Positions 13,648 to 28,497 of a stretch of DNA of 64,000 nucleotides are shown here, piece by piece. The stretch comes from Octopus vulgaris (taxonomy: Eukaryota): positions 43,276,001 to 43,340,000 of the forward strand of contig OX597835.1 in the NCBI GenBank assembly GCA_951406725.2, read 5' to 3'. The translations under genes and the position numbers were made by a program. Every line of letters begins with the position of its first letter. Within the stretch, counting starts at the first letter, position 1. The notes below the pieces were generated by a model. It saw only the letters and a program-made list of their open reading frames with translations, was not told the DNA's origin and ran no database searches.

Positions 13648-14375
13648 CAGTGCCGGATTTACCTATAACTTGAACGGCTGACGTCTAGGGTTCCCCAAAT
13701 TTTGAGGGCTTCCGGCCAAATGTATATTATTTTTGATACTGCCATCGGCATTGTGGTTGGGGCTTCACGAATGGAATAGCCTAAGGCCTCTCTTCATTTC
13801 AATCGACGGCTTTGGCTCATATGATATTCAGACGTGGACTTGGTATGGGAATATGCGAATGCGTGAAGAAGGTCCAGGACTGAAAGGTATGGCAAAGATT
13901 TGTTTAAAAAAAAAACAAGAGGGCGTTTAGATTTGGGATTCCTAAGCTTCAACCTATTTCTTTATTGCCCACAAGGGGCTAAACACAGAGAGGACAAACA
14001 AGGACAAACAAACAGATTAAGTGCGTAACTGGTACTTAATTAATCGACCCCGAAAGGATGAAAGCAAAGTCGACCTCGACGGAATTTGAACTCAGAACGT
14101 AACGGCAGACGAAATACCTATTTCTTTATTACCCTCAAGGGGCTAAACATAGAGGGACAAACAAGGACAGACATAGGTATTAAGTCGATTACATCGACCC
14201 CAGTGCGTAACTGGTACTTAATTAATCGACCCCGAAAGGATGAAAGGCAAAGTCGACCTCGACGGAATTTGAACTCAGAACGTAACGGCAGACGAACTAC
14301 CGCTAAGCATTTCGTCCGGCGTGCAAACGTCTCTGCCAGCTCAACCTGTCAAACCATTAGGTAAATCCGGCACTG
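13648..14375. mobile_element. hAT-like MITE with nested tandem SINE B (about 13950-14343, minus strand)
   Basis: 18-bp TIR cagtgccggatttaccta / taggtaaatccggcactg; no clear TSD. Confidence 0.7.
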
Positions 14376-14647
14376 CTTAAGATTATCTCCCCTTGGTTGT
14401 TCTCTTCTGTTTTTCTTTCCACAATCCTCCTCCTCCTTATTGATTCTGGTCTCTGAGAAGGAAAACAAGTCGTGCTTTGTAACACTAAATAACCTTTATG
14501 TGGTTACTCGAACCGCGAGAAATAACAGCCAAGATTCGCTTTCTTTCCATCAAATGATTCAGTGGACGAGTTAAATGCAGTCACGTATATTTTGTTATTT
14601 AGTTGGGTTCGTTTTTGGCTGATTTAGGCTGCGTGTTGTCTTCCTTG

Positions 14648-15203
14648 GGATCTTTTCGGTTTGAACGGCAGTTTTTTCTAGCGGTGTCATATAAAATTGT
14701 CACCCATAATTATGACCTTAGTATCGATCTATTGCATTTCAATCTGTTTTAGGGTTACATCCTATTTCAATTTTACTGGAGGAAATAGCAAGGGTAAGAC
14801 GTTGTAGCGTGAGTTTAATGGGATGGTCCATATCACAGGGGTCAAAAGTTAGAGGCTAACTGCTATTTAATAGAGCATCATTTAGGGTTAGTTAGGGTTA
14901 CGGTTAGGGGGGGGATGGTATCTTTTTTCTTCACAAATGTAAATAAACCCAATCTGTTTCTTAAACGAGGGACATATTCATACGGCACAGAATGTGTTCA
15001 CCTCAATAGACGTCAGTGATTGGTTGAAATTGATGAAATTGAAGAAAAAAACAACAACAAATATCTTACAAACTATAGAATTTTCTCCATAAAGCCAAGA
15101 GATAAAGATGTTTTATAAACACATTCTACCAGTATACGAAGTTTAAAAGTGTTTAGTTACCTAGAAATTATGTTAAAAACTGCCGTTCAAACCGAAAAGA
15201 TCC
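14648..15203 (+). mobile_element. Merlin-type MITE with internal 123-bp insertion
   Basis: TIR ggatcttttcggtttgaacggcagttttt; 8-bp TSD cttccttg/cttccatg. Confidence 0.85.
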
Positions 15204-15409
15204 CTTCCATGTACAACGAAGTCCATTTTAGATTTTTCATGAGACTGCTTCTTTACGCATAAACAATACATTGATTACCCAAGTTACTTACCGGAAGTTA
15301 TATAGCTGAATGTCCGGAGTAAGTGATGTATTTATGCTGTGTCTTAGCTAAGAACTGCCGGGCTACTTATTCGTGTGTAGCGAGAGGTGAGGTTATTGTG
15401 TTCGTGATA

Positions 15410-16679
15410 CGAGGGGCGTTCAATAAGTAATGCCCCTGACCCACTTCCCATAGCAGTAGAGCAACGACACTTGGCACAGTTATTAGTCTTTTCCTACATA
15501 GGAACTACCCAGAGTTATGCATTTATCCCATCGTTTGATACAGCTCTGGAGACCGTTTTTGTAGAAGACACCAGCTTGGTCCTCCAACCACGACGTGACT
15601 TCAGAAATCAAGGCTGCATCATCTGGGAAACGCTTTCCTTTCAAAATCAACTTCATGGCTGGGAAGAGGTGAAAAACAGAGGGTGCAAGGGGAGGAGTTC
15701 ATAGCTGCACGCCTGTGCTTCTGATCTGGCGACACGCGAGTTGTGGACCGGAGCGTTGTCCTGCAGGAGGAGGATGCCTTTGCTGATCTTGCCCGCCTCT
15801 TGATTTTGATAGTTTCTCTTAATTTCCTCAAAAAGTGAAGCATAATAGGCTCCTGTAATTGTGGTACCCTTTGCCAGGAAATCTGTCATCACTACTCCGT
15901 ACTGGTCCCAGAAGACTGTGAGCATAACCTTGTCAGCGGAGGGCTGCACCCTTGCCTTCTTTGGAGGAGGTGAGTCACGGTGCTTTCACTGCATTGACTG
16001 GGCTTTGGTCTATGGATCATAGTGATGGACCCAGGTTTTATCCTGTGTGATCAGTCTTTTGAAAAATTTTGACTCATCTTCTTGGCACATCTCCAAATTC
16101 ATCCTCGAGCACTCAACGCGTTCTTGCTTCTGGAAAGGTGTGAGCAACCTGGAAATCCATCTGGCAGACACCTTTTGCATATGCAAATGGTCATGAATGA
16201 TAGTTTCCACAGACCCGGTACTAATCTTGACCTTATGGGCTATTTGGCGAATAGTTATGCGTTGACCTTCCAAAATGGCAGCCTCAACTTGACGGACAGA
16301 CGTCTCATCAACGGCAGAAGAGGGAGACCAGATCTGGGAGCTGTTTCCACAGAGTTCCGACTATGTTTGAATTCACATTGTCAGCGTTTTACAAGGTCAT
16401 ATGATGGGGCATCATCACCATAAGTTACTTTCATTTCATCAAAAGTCTTCCGTGGTGAGCGTCCTTTCAAATACAAAAACCGGATCACTGCTCGACATTC
16501 AACAGGCTCCATTTCACACTTGACTCAGTTCAAACACCTGTAAATCAGAAACCACAATTAGTTCAGAGCTGTAATTCGCCACTTAATCTATAGAGGTATA
16601 AATAAGTGCACATGCAAAATTTCAGCTAGATCAAACAACTGCAAGTGATTCAGGGGCATTACTTATTGAATGCCCCTCG
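15410..16679 (-). mobile_element. Full-length mariner transposon (1270 bp)
   Basis: ~30-bp TIRs cgaggggcgttcaataagtaatgcccctga, TA TSD at both ends. Confidence 0.95.
15480..16512 (-). pseudogene. Mariner DD34D transposase pseudogene (stops and frameshifts)
   Basis: MEPVECRAVIRFL... SARWISRLL, ITQDKTWVHHYDP, KVMLTVFWD, LLQDNAPVH motifs; 3' boundary approximate. Confidence 0.9.
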
Positions 16680-17148
16680 TACATGCTTGGAGAAGTGCAT
16701 TGAAGACCACGTGACTCTTTTAAGCAGAGAACGAACAGCGACCAAGAATCCTGGAATCTTCTCGAACCTCTGCTTCTGATTCTCCTGAGCTTTTATATTT
16801 ATAGTTATGTTTTGGCGGGAAAATAATGAAATTGTAACGGTATTATAATTCATATTTAATTAACGGTTATCATCATAATTAATTAATTGTTCTTCAATCA
16901 TTTCTCCGCTGCATCATCACCACCACCACCACTACCATCATCATCATCATTCAAACATCGACACATTTTACGGTCGAGTGATCGTGCTGAAATATGACTG
17001 GTTGACAATTAGAGTGGTGTCATCTGATGTGCCGTGGCCTACTTCTCGAGGTTTCGATTCAAAGCTTCACTTCAATTCCTTAATTAGTCTTAGCAAAGGA
17101 AATGAGAATACAAGTCCGAGATAATGGACGGAGAGGTCAGATTTCTGT

Positions 17149-17211
<63 letters not shown>

Positions 17212-17869
17212 CTCAATCATTCTAAATGATGTGACTGTAGTTTTCTTCGTTTTGCTCTTTCTACGAGTCTGTCTCTCTTTCCCGGGAGCAATAACAGTAT
17301 CATAATATTTCTGGCCCCAACACTGGAAATGTTATGGGAACGACTTGACTGAATATTCAAAGGATTCCAGTCAAATTCGGATGTTGTTTCTCCATTCTAA
17401 AGACACACACCACCCACTCGACCCCGCCGCGAAATATAAATAGTGATGACCCTAAGAAGGAATCTCTGTACGAGGTCGCTTGTCTTACTGAAAAGAGGCG
17501 CCTAAATCTCCCTAAAATCAAACCCTACTGGCTCAGAAAAGCACTTTGATAATGGAGGCCTGGATTCCCTGCAAATAGGGAAGAAGAAGGATGTTCACGG
17601 TTGGAGTATCTTTTATCATAGGTCTGCTTCATCAGGCTGGCCTAGGGCTAAACAACAGCAGCGACAACTACTATCACAAGCAACAAACGGCCGCGTTTGT
17701 TGCTTATGGTAGCAGTAGTTCCACACGGTTGCACGACCTGCTAGAAATAACACCCAAATCTCAGCCTACAATAATTATGTTCGGATGATAATCTAAAGTA
17801 ACCAGTTATGTACTGGGGCCGAATTATATTCCTATAACAAATCCTTAATGTAAATGGAATTATGATAGA

Positions 17870-18750
17870 ACTAATGCCAAGACAAAAACGAAGTCGAAGA
17901 CGTGGACTGAGACGAAGTTTAAGACTATGACGAAGTCTAAGATGAAGGCTAAGATTAAGATTAAATCTAAGACGATGACGGAGAGTAAGCTAAAGATTAG
18001 GACTATGATGAAGACTAAGATGAAGACGAAGATTAAGACTAAGATTAACATTAACATTAAAACTAAGACGAAGATTAAAATGAAGATTAAGACTAAGACA
18101 ATGACAGAGACTAAGACAAAGATTAAGACTATGACGAAAACTAAGATGAAGACTAAGATTATGACGGAGATTAAGACAAAGATTAAGACTATGACGAAAA
18201 CTAAGATGAAGACTAAGACTATGGCGGAGATTAAGACAAAGATTAAGACTATGACGAAAACTAAGATGAAGACTAAGACTATGACGGAGACTAAGACAAA
18301 GATTAAGACTATGACGGAGACTAGGATGAAGACGAAGATAGACTAAAATGAAGATTAACATTAAAACTAAGATGAAGATTAAAATGAAGATTAAGACTAA
18401 GACTATGACGGAGATTAAGACAAAGATTAAGACTATGACGAAAACTAAGATGAAGACTACGACTAAGATGTAGATTAACATTAAAACTAAGACGAATATT
18501 AAGAAGATGTGGATTAAGACGAAGACGAAAACTATGACAAAGATTAAGACTGCGATAAAGATTTAGTCTAAGATGAAGACGAAGATTGGGATTAAGTCAG
18601 AGAAGTAAACGAAGACGAAGATGTAGTCTAAGACGTGGATTAACACTAAAGCAAATACGAAGATTAAGATTAAGACGTAGATGAGGACGTTGAAGTCTGC
18701 GACAAAGATTAAGACAAGGGATTACGATTAAAACTAAGACATAAACTAAG
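17870..18750. repeat. Hexamer-based (aagact/aagatt/aagatg) satellite with 60-bp higher-order core
   Basis: Lines 18121, 18181 and 18241 are nearly identical 60-mers. Confidence 0.9.
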
Positions 18751-19524
18751 ACACCGACACCAGTGATAACCATGCGGAGGAAATAACCTATTTCCTCTTT
18801 CTCTCTTTTCTTTCCGTTTGTTATTAATCCAGGGACAACCTCTGTACCAGTGCTGACTGTGGGATAAGACGGAGAGGCGGGGGGGGACGACTATTTTGCT
18901 TCTTTCTCACCGTTCCTTCTTTCCTTCCTTCTTTTCTTTGTTCTCTCCTTCCTTTCTTCCTTCCGTCCTTTCCTTTCTTCCTTCCTTTCTTCCGTCTGTT
19001 CTTTCTTCCTGAATCTTTGTTGTTTTGTCCGCTTCGCTCTTTATTTTATTTAACGATGCATGTATAGCAGCGCGTGTTAGGAAGTGTGTACATGTGTGTG
19101 TATATATGTATATATAGAATATATATTATTATACATAAATACACGCGTGGAGGATGTGGGAATATATAAAGAAAGAGAGAGAGAGAGAGAGAGAAAAGGA
19201 GAGGAGGAGTGGTAAGAGAATATACAGCAAGGTGTATTAGTCGAAGCAGGTCCATTTTACATTTACCTGTGTGTATATATGTATTGTTATGTATGTATGT
19301 ATATATATAAGTATCTATGTATGTATCTGTGTATATGTATGTATATATCTGTGTGTGTGTGTCTTCGTATATATGTGTGGCTATTTCTGTATATGTAACC
19401 CGTATGTGTGTATGTATGTAAGCGAGTATGTATGTAAATGTATGTGCATACGTGCGTATATGTAGGTGTATGCATTGCATCTACGTGTATACGCGTGGAC
19501 ATGTACGTATATACACACACACAC

Positions 19525-19573
<49 letters not shown>

Positions 19574-19783
19574 TGTGTGTGTCACTTGTATCTATGTATG
19601 TATATGTGTATGTATGTAGATAATTATGTATGTGTGCATGTTGTTATGTATATATATGTGTGTGTGTGTGTCTATGTGTGACCAACGAACGTAAGCCACA
19701 ACAGTTTGTTTATTTGTTTATTTGTTTTTGTTTGTTTTTGTTGGGGTTTTCTTTTTTGTTTGTTCCTTCTTTGCTTTCCCCAG

Positions 19784-19843
19784 TCTTTGTTCGAAAGCCA
19801 CCAACCCGTGAAAAGGGAAGACATAAGTCTACAGCCGTTGTGA
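19784..19843 (+). CDS. Candidate short terminal exon of an unidentified gene (SLFESHQPVKREDISLQPL*)
   Basis: Long pyrimidine tract plus CAG acceptor at 19781-19783, unique sequence, AATAAA near 20435; frame unknown, no homology recognised. Confidence 0.25.
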   Translation, partial: SLFESHQPVKREDISLQPL

Positions 19844-20374
19844 AAGAGACACCTGTCTCGTTTTACACCTGCCAAATTTCCGTGCTTCCATTTTGCTTCT
19901 TCCATACTCCCACCAATCCTCACCTTGCCTCACTCTCCCTCACATTTCTTCAACCCCCCTCTCTCTCTCTCTCTCTCTTTGTATTAACGTTATATTCCTT
20001 TAACTTGCTTGCTTTTCTAGTGGTGTTTTTTTTTATATATTTTTCATTCATTCTTATTAGTGTGTGTGGGTGCGCGTGTGTGTGTGTGTTTGTGTGTGTG
20101 TGTGAGTTTCTCTTCTTTACTCTACCTTCATATGTGTTACTCATTCAATGTCTACTAATGTATTTTTTTCCACCAGTTGTCGTCTGCCACCGAACAAAGA
20201 CTTAAAAACTTCACTTTACGCACGCACACACACACTCACACACGTACTTACCACATACACTTACACACACGTACTTACCACATACACTTACACACACACA
20301 CTCACACACGTACTTACCACATACACTTGCACGCACACACACACACTCACACACGTACTTACCACATACACTTG

Positions 20375-20405
<31 letters not shown>

Positions 20406-20568
20406 CCCAGCGAGTTGACACACGAGCTTTTTGCAATAAAGACCGCATTTATTTATCAAACCTTTCGTTCGCTCACGTCGTTTTCAACCGTGTATATCCT
20501 TAGCAACCCAACTAATATTCCACCTAACTGTTTATCTCCTTCGTTCATCAACTCCACCTTCCACCACT

Positions 20569-20599
<31 letters not shown>

Positions 20600-21459
20600 C
20601 AAAACTAAATAGAAAAAAATTCATCAAACCTCCGCCCCCGATACCAAAGTTTCTTTGCACTTAACGAAGTTCATGGAAGCAAACTTTTTTCTTTGGCGTT
20701 TCTTATTATAAATATTGCCCTCCAACACAATAGAGTCGCTTTTCTTCAAATGAACCTTTCTCGTGTCCCAACAAAGCACTTTCGTCGATCAAAAGCCTTG
20801 CATTTGGAATGTTATACTTATCCAACCTCAGCTGCTTGTTGAGGGCAAATAGCTAAATTTCCCAGGTGAAACACTCTTTTGTGCTCAGCTAGGATTTATG
20901 GCTGTTTACCATTTAAAGAAATGACGGAACAGAAAGAAGGGGGAAAAAAGAAGAAAGGAAGAAATCCCAAAATAAACTACAAGCGTTAATTATTCGTTTG
21001 CATTTTCAATGAATCAATTCGATCATAAAAACTGTAGAAATATTCTGATGATATTTCTCAAATTATCTTTTTTATATTTTACTTTATTAATCGTTCGGTC
21101 CACAAGAATGAGCTTGGTCGGTGTTAGCAGTCGCCCAGGGGTTACGCAGGTTTAGGGGGCCCTATGATAATATATGAATGCCGTAGATTGCTTTTAATAA
21201 ATAAATATTATGGGACCCAATGCTTTTGCTTTGCCCGGTGCCTCACGAATCAAGGATCCCTGTTCAGGTAAATGCTATTTATGTGGTTTGACGTCAATAA
21301 ATACTGTAGGGTCCAGTACATTGGTTTCTCGTAAGCCTCACGAGTCAAGGGTTCCAATTTTGATCTATGTAGGCTAGGGTTCAAAATCAATAAATATATA
21401 CTATAGGATACAGCTCTTTGATTTGCTCTATCAACCCAATTCTGATCGATGTAAACTGA

Positions 21460-22243
21460 AGGCGGTGAGCTGGCAGAAACGTTAGCACGCCGGGGGAAAT
21501 GCTTAGCGGTATTTCGTCGGCCGTTACGTTCTGACTTCAAATTCTGCCGAGGTCGACTTTGTCTTTCATCCTTTCGGGGTCGATTAAATAAGTACCAGTT
21601 ACGCACTGGGATCGATCTAATCGACTTAATCCATTTGTCTGTCCTTGTTTGTCCCCTCTGTGTTTAGCCCCTTGTGGGTAATAAAGAAATAGGTATTTCA
21701 TCTGCTGTTACGTTCTGAGTTCAAATTCTGCCGAGGTCGACTTTGCCTTTCATCCTTTCAGGGTCGATTAAATAAGTACCAGTTACGCACTGGGTCGATA
21801 TAATCGACTTAATCCGTTTGTCTGTCCTTGTTTGTCCCCTCTGTGTTTAGCCCCTTGTGGGTAATAAAGAAATAGGTATTTCATCTGCTGTTACGTTCTG
21901 ACTTCAAATTCTGCCGAGGTCGACTTTGCCTTTCATCCTTTCGGGGTCGATTAAATAAGTACCAGTTACGCACTGGGGTCGATATAATCGACTTAATCCG
22001 TTTGTCTGTCCTTGTTTGTCCCCTCTGTGTTTAGCCCCTTGTGGGTAATAAAGAAATAGGTATTTCATCTGCTGTTACGTTCTGAGTTCCAATTCTGCCG
22101 AGGTCGACTTTGCCTTTCATCCTTTCAGGGTCGATTAAATAAGTACAAGTTACGCACTGGGGTCGAAGTAATCGACTTAATCCGTTTGTCTGTCCTTGTT
22201 TGTACCCTCTGTGTTTAGCCGCTTGTGGGTAGTAAAGAAATAA
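21460..22243 (+). mobile_element. SINE family B with ~180-bp body tandemly repeated 4 times
   Basis: One tRNA-like head, then four gttacgttctga...aaagaaatag units; includes Meta-domain-like gcctttcatcctttcggggtcga. Confidence 0.9.
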
Positions 22244-22602
22244 GTAAACTGTTGCTTGCTGTCAATCAATAAATGCTATCGGACTCGGTGCATTGATTTT
22301 CCCGACAGTGGAGGAGGGTGGCCTGTATAGTGCGATTAAGACGGTTCTGGGCGTCAGGAGTGTCAAATTCGTTCGGGTTTGACAATCGGATATGCAACAT
22401 AAACTTAGAAACCTAAATCTTCATGGGCCTAATGGGGCAATCATTCCTTTAAAGAACAAAATCTTATTCGTAATGTAGATCAGACGAAAATCGATAACGG
22501 GATCAACGTATATTGTAACAAAGTCTGCATGCCTGCTCGCCATATTTATTTTACAGAATAATTTTTTAAAATTCAAAGTCATTCAAAGAATAAAATATAA
22601 GG

Positions 22603-23112
22603 ATGGCTGAGTTGTTAAAAAGGTCGCTTTGCAACCACGGGGTTTCAGGTTCAGTCTCACCTCGCAGCCATTTGGACAATTATCTTCATCTATAGCCCGG
22701 GCTGGCCAACACCTTGTTAGTGAATTTGGTAGACGAAAACTGTGTGGAAGACCCTATATATATATATATATATATATATTGGGCAAGTGTCTTCTACTAT
22801 AGCCTCGGGCCGACCAAAGCCTTGTGAGTGGATTTGGTAGACGGAAACTGAAAGAATCCTGTCGTGTATATGTATATAAATGTATGTGCGCGTGTGTTAT
22901 TGTGTGTCTGTGTTTGTACCCCCACCATTGCTTGACAACCGATGCTGGTGTGTTTACGTTCCCGTAACTTAGCGGTTCAGCAAAAGAGACCGATAGAATA
23001 AGTACTAGGCTTACAAAGAATAAGTCCTGGGGTCGATTTAACCGACTAGAAGGCGGTGCTCCAGCATGGCCGCAGTCAAATGACTGAAGGAAGTAAAAGA
23101 AAGTAAAAGAAA
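22603..23112 (+). mobile_element. SINE family A (two partial copies)
   Basis: Homology to 39022-39425. Confidence 0.8.
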
Positions 23113-23734
23113 TATATATATCAATGGCGACTCCGGCACTTGGGCTGTCGAGGTTAGCCCGAGTATAAATTTAGTAAAGTGAGCGTGTATTTGCAAGCTG
23201 ATTCCATTTCTACCAGTAACTGACTTTAAGTATGTAACTTCAGCTAATAACTCAGGTTCCTTTTATTCAGCTTGGTTGCAGTTCAGCGTCTTAGATGTGC
23301 CCTATGTCAAAAGATATCATTCGTAGCAGACGTTCTTTCGGCATCATTCACACACGCATCTGACTCCGGTTCAGAAGTTACAGCCCGAGTTGTTATCTAT
23401 GATCGCAAAAATTAAAAGTAATTCAAATTCAATGTTTTGTTTTGTTTTGTTTTTTTAAACAATAAACTTCTATAGAGATTAAGATTTAAATTCCAATCTA
23501 TAAAATGTTTCCGTTCTAAAATATTCTTAAAGGAACGAAAATTTATCCAGCAACTCTGGCCAAATGGACGATATATATAGCTTATAAATGATACAAAGAT
23601 AAAATGAAGCTAGGAGGAGGGCCAGACTAAATATCGCCGTAGGCCATATATTTGACACGCCAAGACGAAACCCTTTAAGTACCCTAAGATGGCCGCAGTT
23701 CAATGACTGAAACAAGTCAAAAATAATAATAATC

Positions 23735-24523
<789 letters not shown>

Positions 24524-24524
24524 G

Positions 24525-24828
24525 CCTAGTACTTATTCTATCGGTCTCTTTTTCCGAACCGCTAAGATACGGGGACGTAAACACACCAGCATCCGTTGTC
24601 AAGTGATGTTAGGGGGACAAACACAGACACACAAACATACATATACATACATATACATGTATACGACGGGCTTCTTTCAGTTTCTGTCTACCAAATCCAC
24701 TCACAAGGCTTTGGTCGGCCCGAGATTATAGTAGAAGACACTTGCCCAAGGTGCCATGCGGTGGGACTGAACCCGGAACCATGTGGTTGGTAAGCGAGCT
24801 ACTTACCACACAGCCACTGCTGCGCCTA
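24525..24828 (-). mobile_element. SINE family A
   Basis: Family consensus match. Confidence 0.85.
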
Positions 24829-25074
24829 TACGTATTCACTTATATTTACTCATTTATTGTTACCTGCTTTTATAGCAGGTTGATGCAGGTAGTTTATCCC
24901 GTCCCCTCTCTCTGACTTTTAGTTCAAGCAAATGAAAAAACCGCATTATTTACGGGATGGCCCAAAACATGTACTACATGTAAGGACTTATGCTGAGTTG
25001 ATGGGGCGGGCATCTAAATACTGTATAATGTGGGTGGGAGGACTGATAAGTAGGATGTATTTAGAACCATATTG

Positions 25075-25482
25075 GGATCTTTTCGGTTTGACCGGCAGTT
25101 TTTAACATAATTTCTAGGTAACTAAACACTTTTAAACTTCGTATACTGGTAGAATGTGTTTATAAAACATCTTTTTCTCTTGGCTTTATTGAGAAAATTC
25201 TATAGTTTGTAAGATATTTGTTGTTTTTCTCTTCAATTTCTGCAATTTCAACCAATCAATGACGTCTATTGAGGTGAAAACATTTTGTGCCGTATGAAAA
25301 TGTTCCTCGTTTAAGAAACAGATTGGGTTTATTTACATTTGTGAAGAAAAAAAGATACCCTTCCCTCACCCCTAACCCTAAAACAGATTGAAATGCAATA
25401 GATCGATACTAGGGTCATAATTATGGGTGATAATTTCATATGACACCGCTAGAAAAAACTGCCGTTCAAACCGAAAAGATCC
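25075..25482 (-). mobile_element. Merlin-type MITE
   Basis: Same TIRs and interior in reverse orientation; TSD not conserved. Confidence 0.85.
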
Positions 25483-25852
25483 CCTTAGGATTATCTTATG
25501 TGTTCGTCCCTTTCTTTGAAGGTAAGGTGTGATTTAAGAGAGGTTTGGCTGCTGTTTCTAGCAGCATCGAGTGACCACGTAGAGGTTATATCATTGGTGT
25601 GTGAAATAAGTGAGTGAGGCAGCGTGGCGAGATAGAAATTATCGTACGTAAATAATTTGCTTGAGTTATCTTCCCTTGTTTCACTATCGACGCGTTGTCA
25701 TTGTTCTAGAAAGACTGCAACGTTTGGAAGATTGGCGATGCATTTATTAGAATTCTATGTTGAAGAGAGAGAAAGAGACAGACAGACAGACGGACAAATG
25801 TCGTATTCGGAATATCTCAGACCTCAACTGCTCCATCATCATAGCACATTTC

Positions 25853-26293
25853 GGATCTTTTCGGTTTGAACGGCAGTTTTTTCTAGCGGTGTCCTATGAA
25901 ATTGTCACCCATAATTATGACCCTAGTATCGATCTATTGCATTTCAATCTGTTTTAGAGTTAGGGTTAGTTAAAGTTAGATAGGGTTAGGGGTGGGGGGA
26001 AGGGTATCTATTTTTTTCTTCAGAAATGTAAATAAATCCAATCTGTTTCTTAAACGAGGGACATATTCATACGGCACAGAATGTTTTCACCTCAATAGAC
26101 GTCATTGATTGGTTAAAATTGCAGAAATTGAAGAAAAAACAACAACAAATATCTTACAAACTATAGGATTTTCTCAATAAAGCCAAGAGAAAAAGATGTT
26201 TTATAAACACATTCTACCAGTATACGAAGTTTAAAAGTGTTTATAGTTACCTAGAAATTATGTTAAAAACTGCCGTTCAAACCGAAAAGATCC
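25853..26293 (+). mobile_element. Merlin-type MITE
   Basis: GGATC-terminal TIRs, perfect 8-bp TSD cacatttc. Confidence 0.9.
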
Positions 26294-26807
26294 CACATTT
26301 CATATGTGCAGTGAACTGGTAGAATTAGTACACAGGCTTAATGATGGTTCTACCAACAACAACGTATTTATCCCCGTTCTTATCGTAGAATATATATGTA
26401 ACTAAAGAAGTTAGCCATTGGATGATTAGCGAGCTTAATATGAAATTACTTGGGTCTTATAAACAAGTCCACAACCCAGATTTCAATGGCTGAGTATATA
26501 TTTTTTGTAAACCGTATTTGATAACATAAAAACCGCACGGGCGTATTAGATGCACTCCATTTTCAGGAGAGCATATTCGGGAAAATTAGTTTTTTGTGCA
26601 TTAAAAACTGTAACATAGCCCCCCCCCCCCCCGATTTCGCATATAAGACTCGGGGTGATTTTGGAGACATTTTTGCGGGGTCGAGGGGATGCGTCTGATA
26701 CGCCATCAAGTATTGTGATTCAAGTATATTTTATGAGCTACTATATCTGTGAGGCGTTGATTTTCGGGTTGTGCTTGGCTAAAGCTTCCATAATTATTTT
26801 CCTCATT

Positions 26808-26857
<50 letters not shown>

Positions 26858-27271
26858 CCTCCCTTTCTCTCTTTCTCTTTCTCTCTCTCTTTTTTTCTAT
26901 CTCTCTCTTTCTCTCTCTCCCTCTCTCTCTCCCCCTCTCCCCCTCTCTCTCACTCACTCTCACTCTGTAGGATTCTATATAAAATTGTAGTATGTTAACT
27001 ACTGTGGGTTTTTTTTTCCTACTTAAAATTTATTTTGTGTACTGTATTATAATGGGTTGCAATGTCTCCTTATTGTCTGTGCACAATCAGCAAACGGGGA
27101 AGCGTCGTACTTGTGTGTCCGATGTAACAGTTGAAGTCATGAAGTTTACAACTCTCTTGTTTAGATTGAAATTTGTATATTACATTAGTTACTTGAAACC
27201 TGTTCTGTGGTTCATTAGATTGTGGTGTTCGTGTCGAAGAGGCTTCTCATTCTAGTATTGTTAGGATATAC

Positions 27272-27488
27272 GTGAGGGTGCTAAAAAGTTCATGGATTTG
27301 ACTAAAAGAAAATACAGGTGGATCAGTTAATTATGGTTTTTATTCGACATATTCCCCTCTCAGATTCACACGCTTATTGCTGCAGTCCTTCAGTTTTTCT
27401 AAGCCCTGTAAAAGAACTCGAAAGATTGGGCCTCCAGCCAGGCTTTTCATGATACCCATACAGCCAGGAACTTTCATCACCTTCTCGT

Positions 27489-27585
<97 letters not shown>

Positions 27586-27791
27586 GAGGAGGTACTGAAG
27601 AGTTCTTGGATTTGGGTAAAAGAAAGTACAGGGGGATTGGTTAATTATGATTTTGTTCACCATATTCCCCTCTCAGATTCACACATTAATTGCAGTGAGT
27701 CTTCAGTTTTTCTAACCCCTATAAAAGAACCCGAAAGTTTGGGCCTCCAATCTAGCCTTTCGCAAGGAACTTTTCAGCACTTCCCCCTTCG
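27272..27791. mobile_element. Two adjacent mariner-type MITEs separated by (CA)n(TA)n
   Basis: Mutual homology and homology with 5276-5482. Confidence 0.65.
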
Positions 27792-28154
27792 TATAGTAAA
27801 TACGATTTTGTGATTAGGCATGATTCATGCTGTCTTCTGTTTTATGAAACCAATTCATGTGTTACGTAACCAGAATGTATCTTGGTTCTTCTATATACGA
27901 TAAGTGTAGCTTTATTTTTAGTGAGTGGAATCAGCTGCCAAAGAAGAGACCCAACGTTCCTTCTGCATCTTGTAAAATGCGACTCAAAGAGGTCGAAGCA
28001 ATAAGTGTTGCACTCCAGCCTCGTAACACCCTTAGCAGTAAAGACTGCCCAAACAGAACCACCCGGTTTTCTTCTCCGATGAAGTACCTCGACTGCCTAA
28101 GAAGCAAGTCGTATGAGGAAAACCTTGGAGGACAAGGTGGATCAGGCGATTGTC

Positions 28155-28497
28155 ACCTGAGCGGGGCAAAAGGTGTCGCTTAAGTGGGGCAAAAGGTGTC
28201 GCCTGAGTGGGGCAAAAGGTGTCGCTTGAGTGGGGCAAAAGGTGTCGCCTAAGTGGGGCAAAAGGTGTCGCCTGAGTGGGGCAAAAGGTGTCGCTTGAGT
28301 GGGGCAAAAGGTGTCGCCTGAGTGGGGCAAAAGGTGTCGCCTGAGTGGGGCAAAAGGTGTCGCTTGAGTGGGGCAAAAGGTGTCGCTTGAGTGGGGCAAA
28401 AGGTGTCGCCTGAGTGGGGCAAAAGGTGTCGCTTGAGTGGGGCAAAAGGTGTCGCCTGAGTGGGGCAAAAGGTTTCGCCTGAGTGGGGCAAAAATGT
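28155..28497. repeat. 23-bp minisatellite, about 15 copies (gagtggggcaaaaggtgtcgcYt)
   Basis: Head-to-tail near-identical units with no spacers. Confidence 0.95.

Noticed and set aside
17927-18346. 139-aa K/T-rich ORF
   Set aside because: Product of the hexamer satellite
28155-28497. CRISPR-like array
   Set aside because: Units are contiguous with no unique spacers; eukaryotic context and no cas genes
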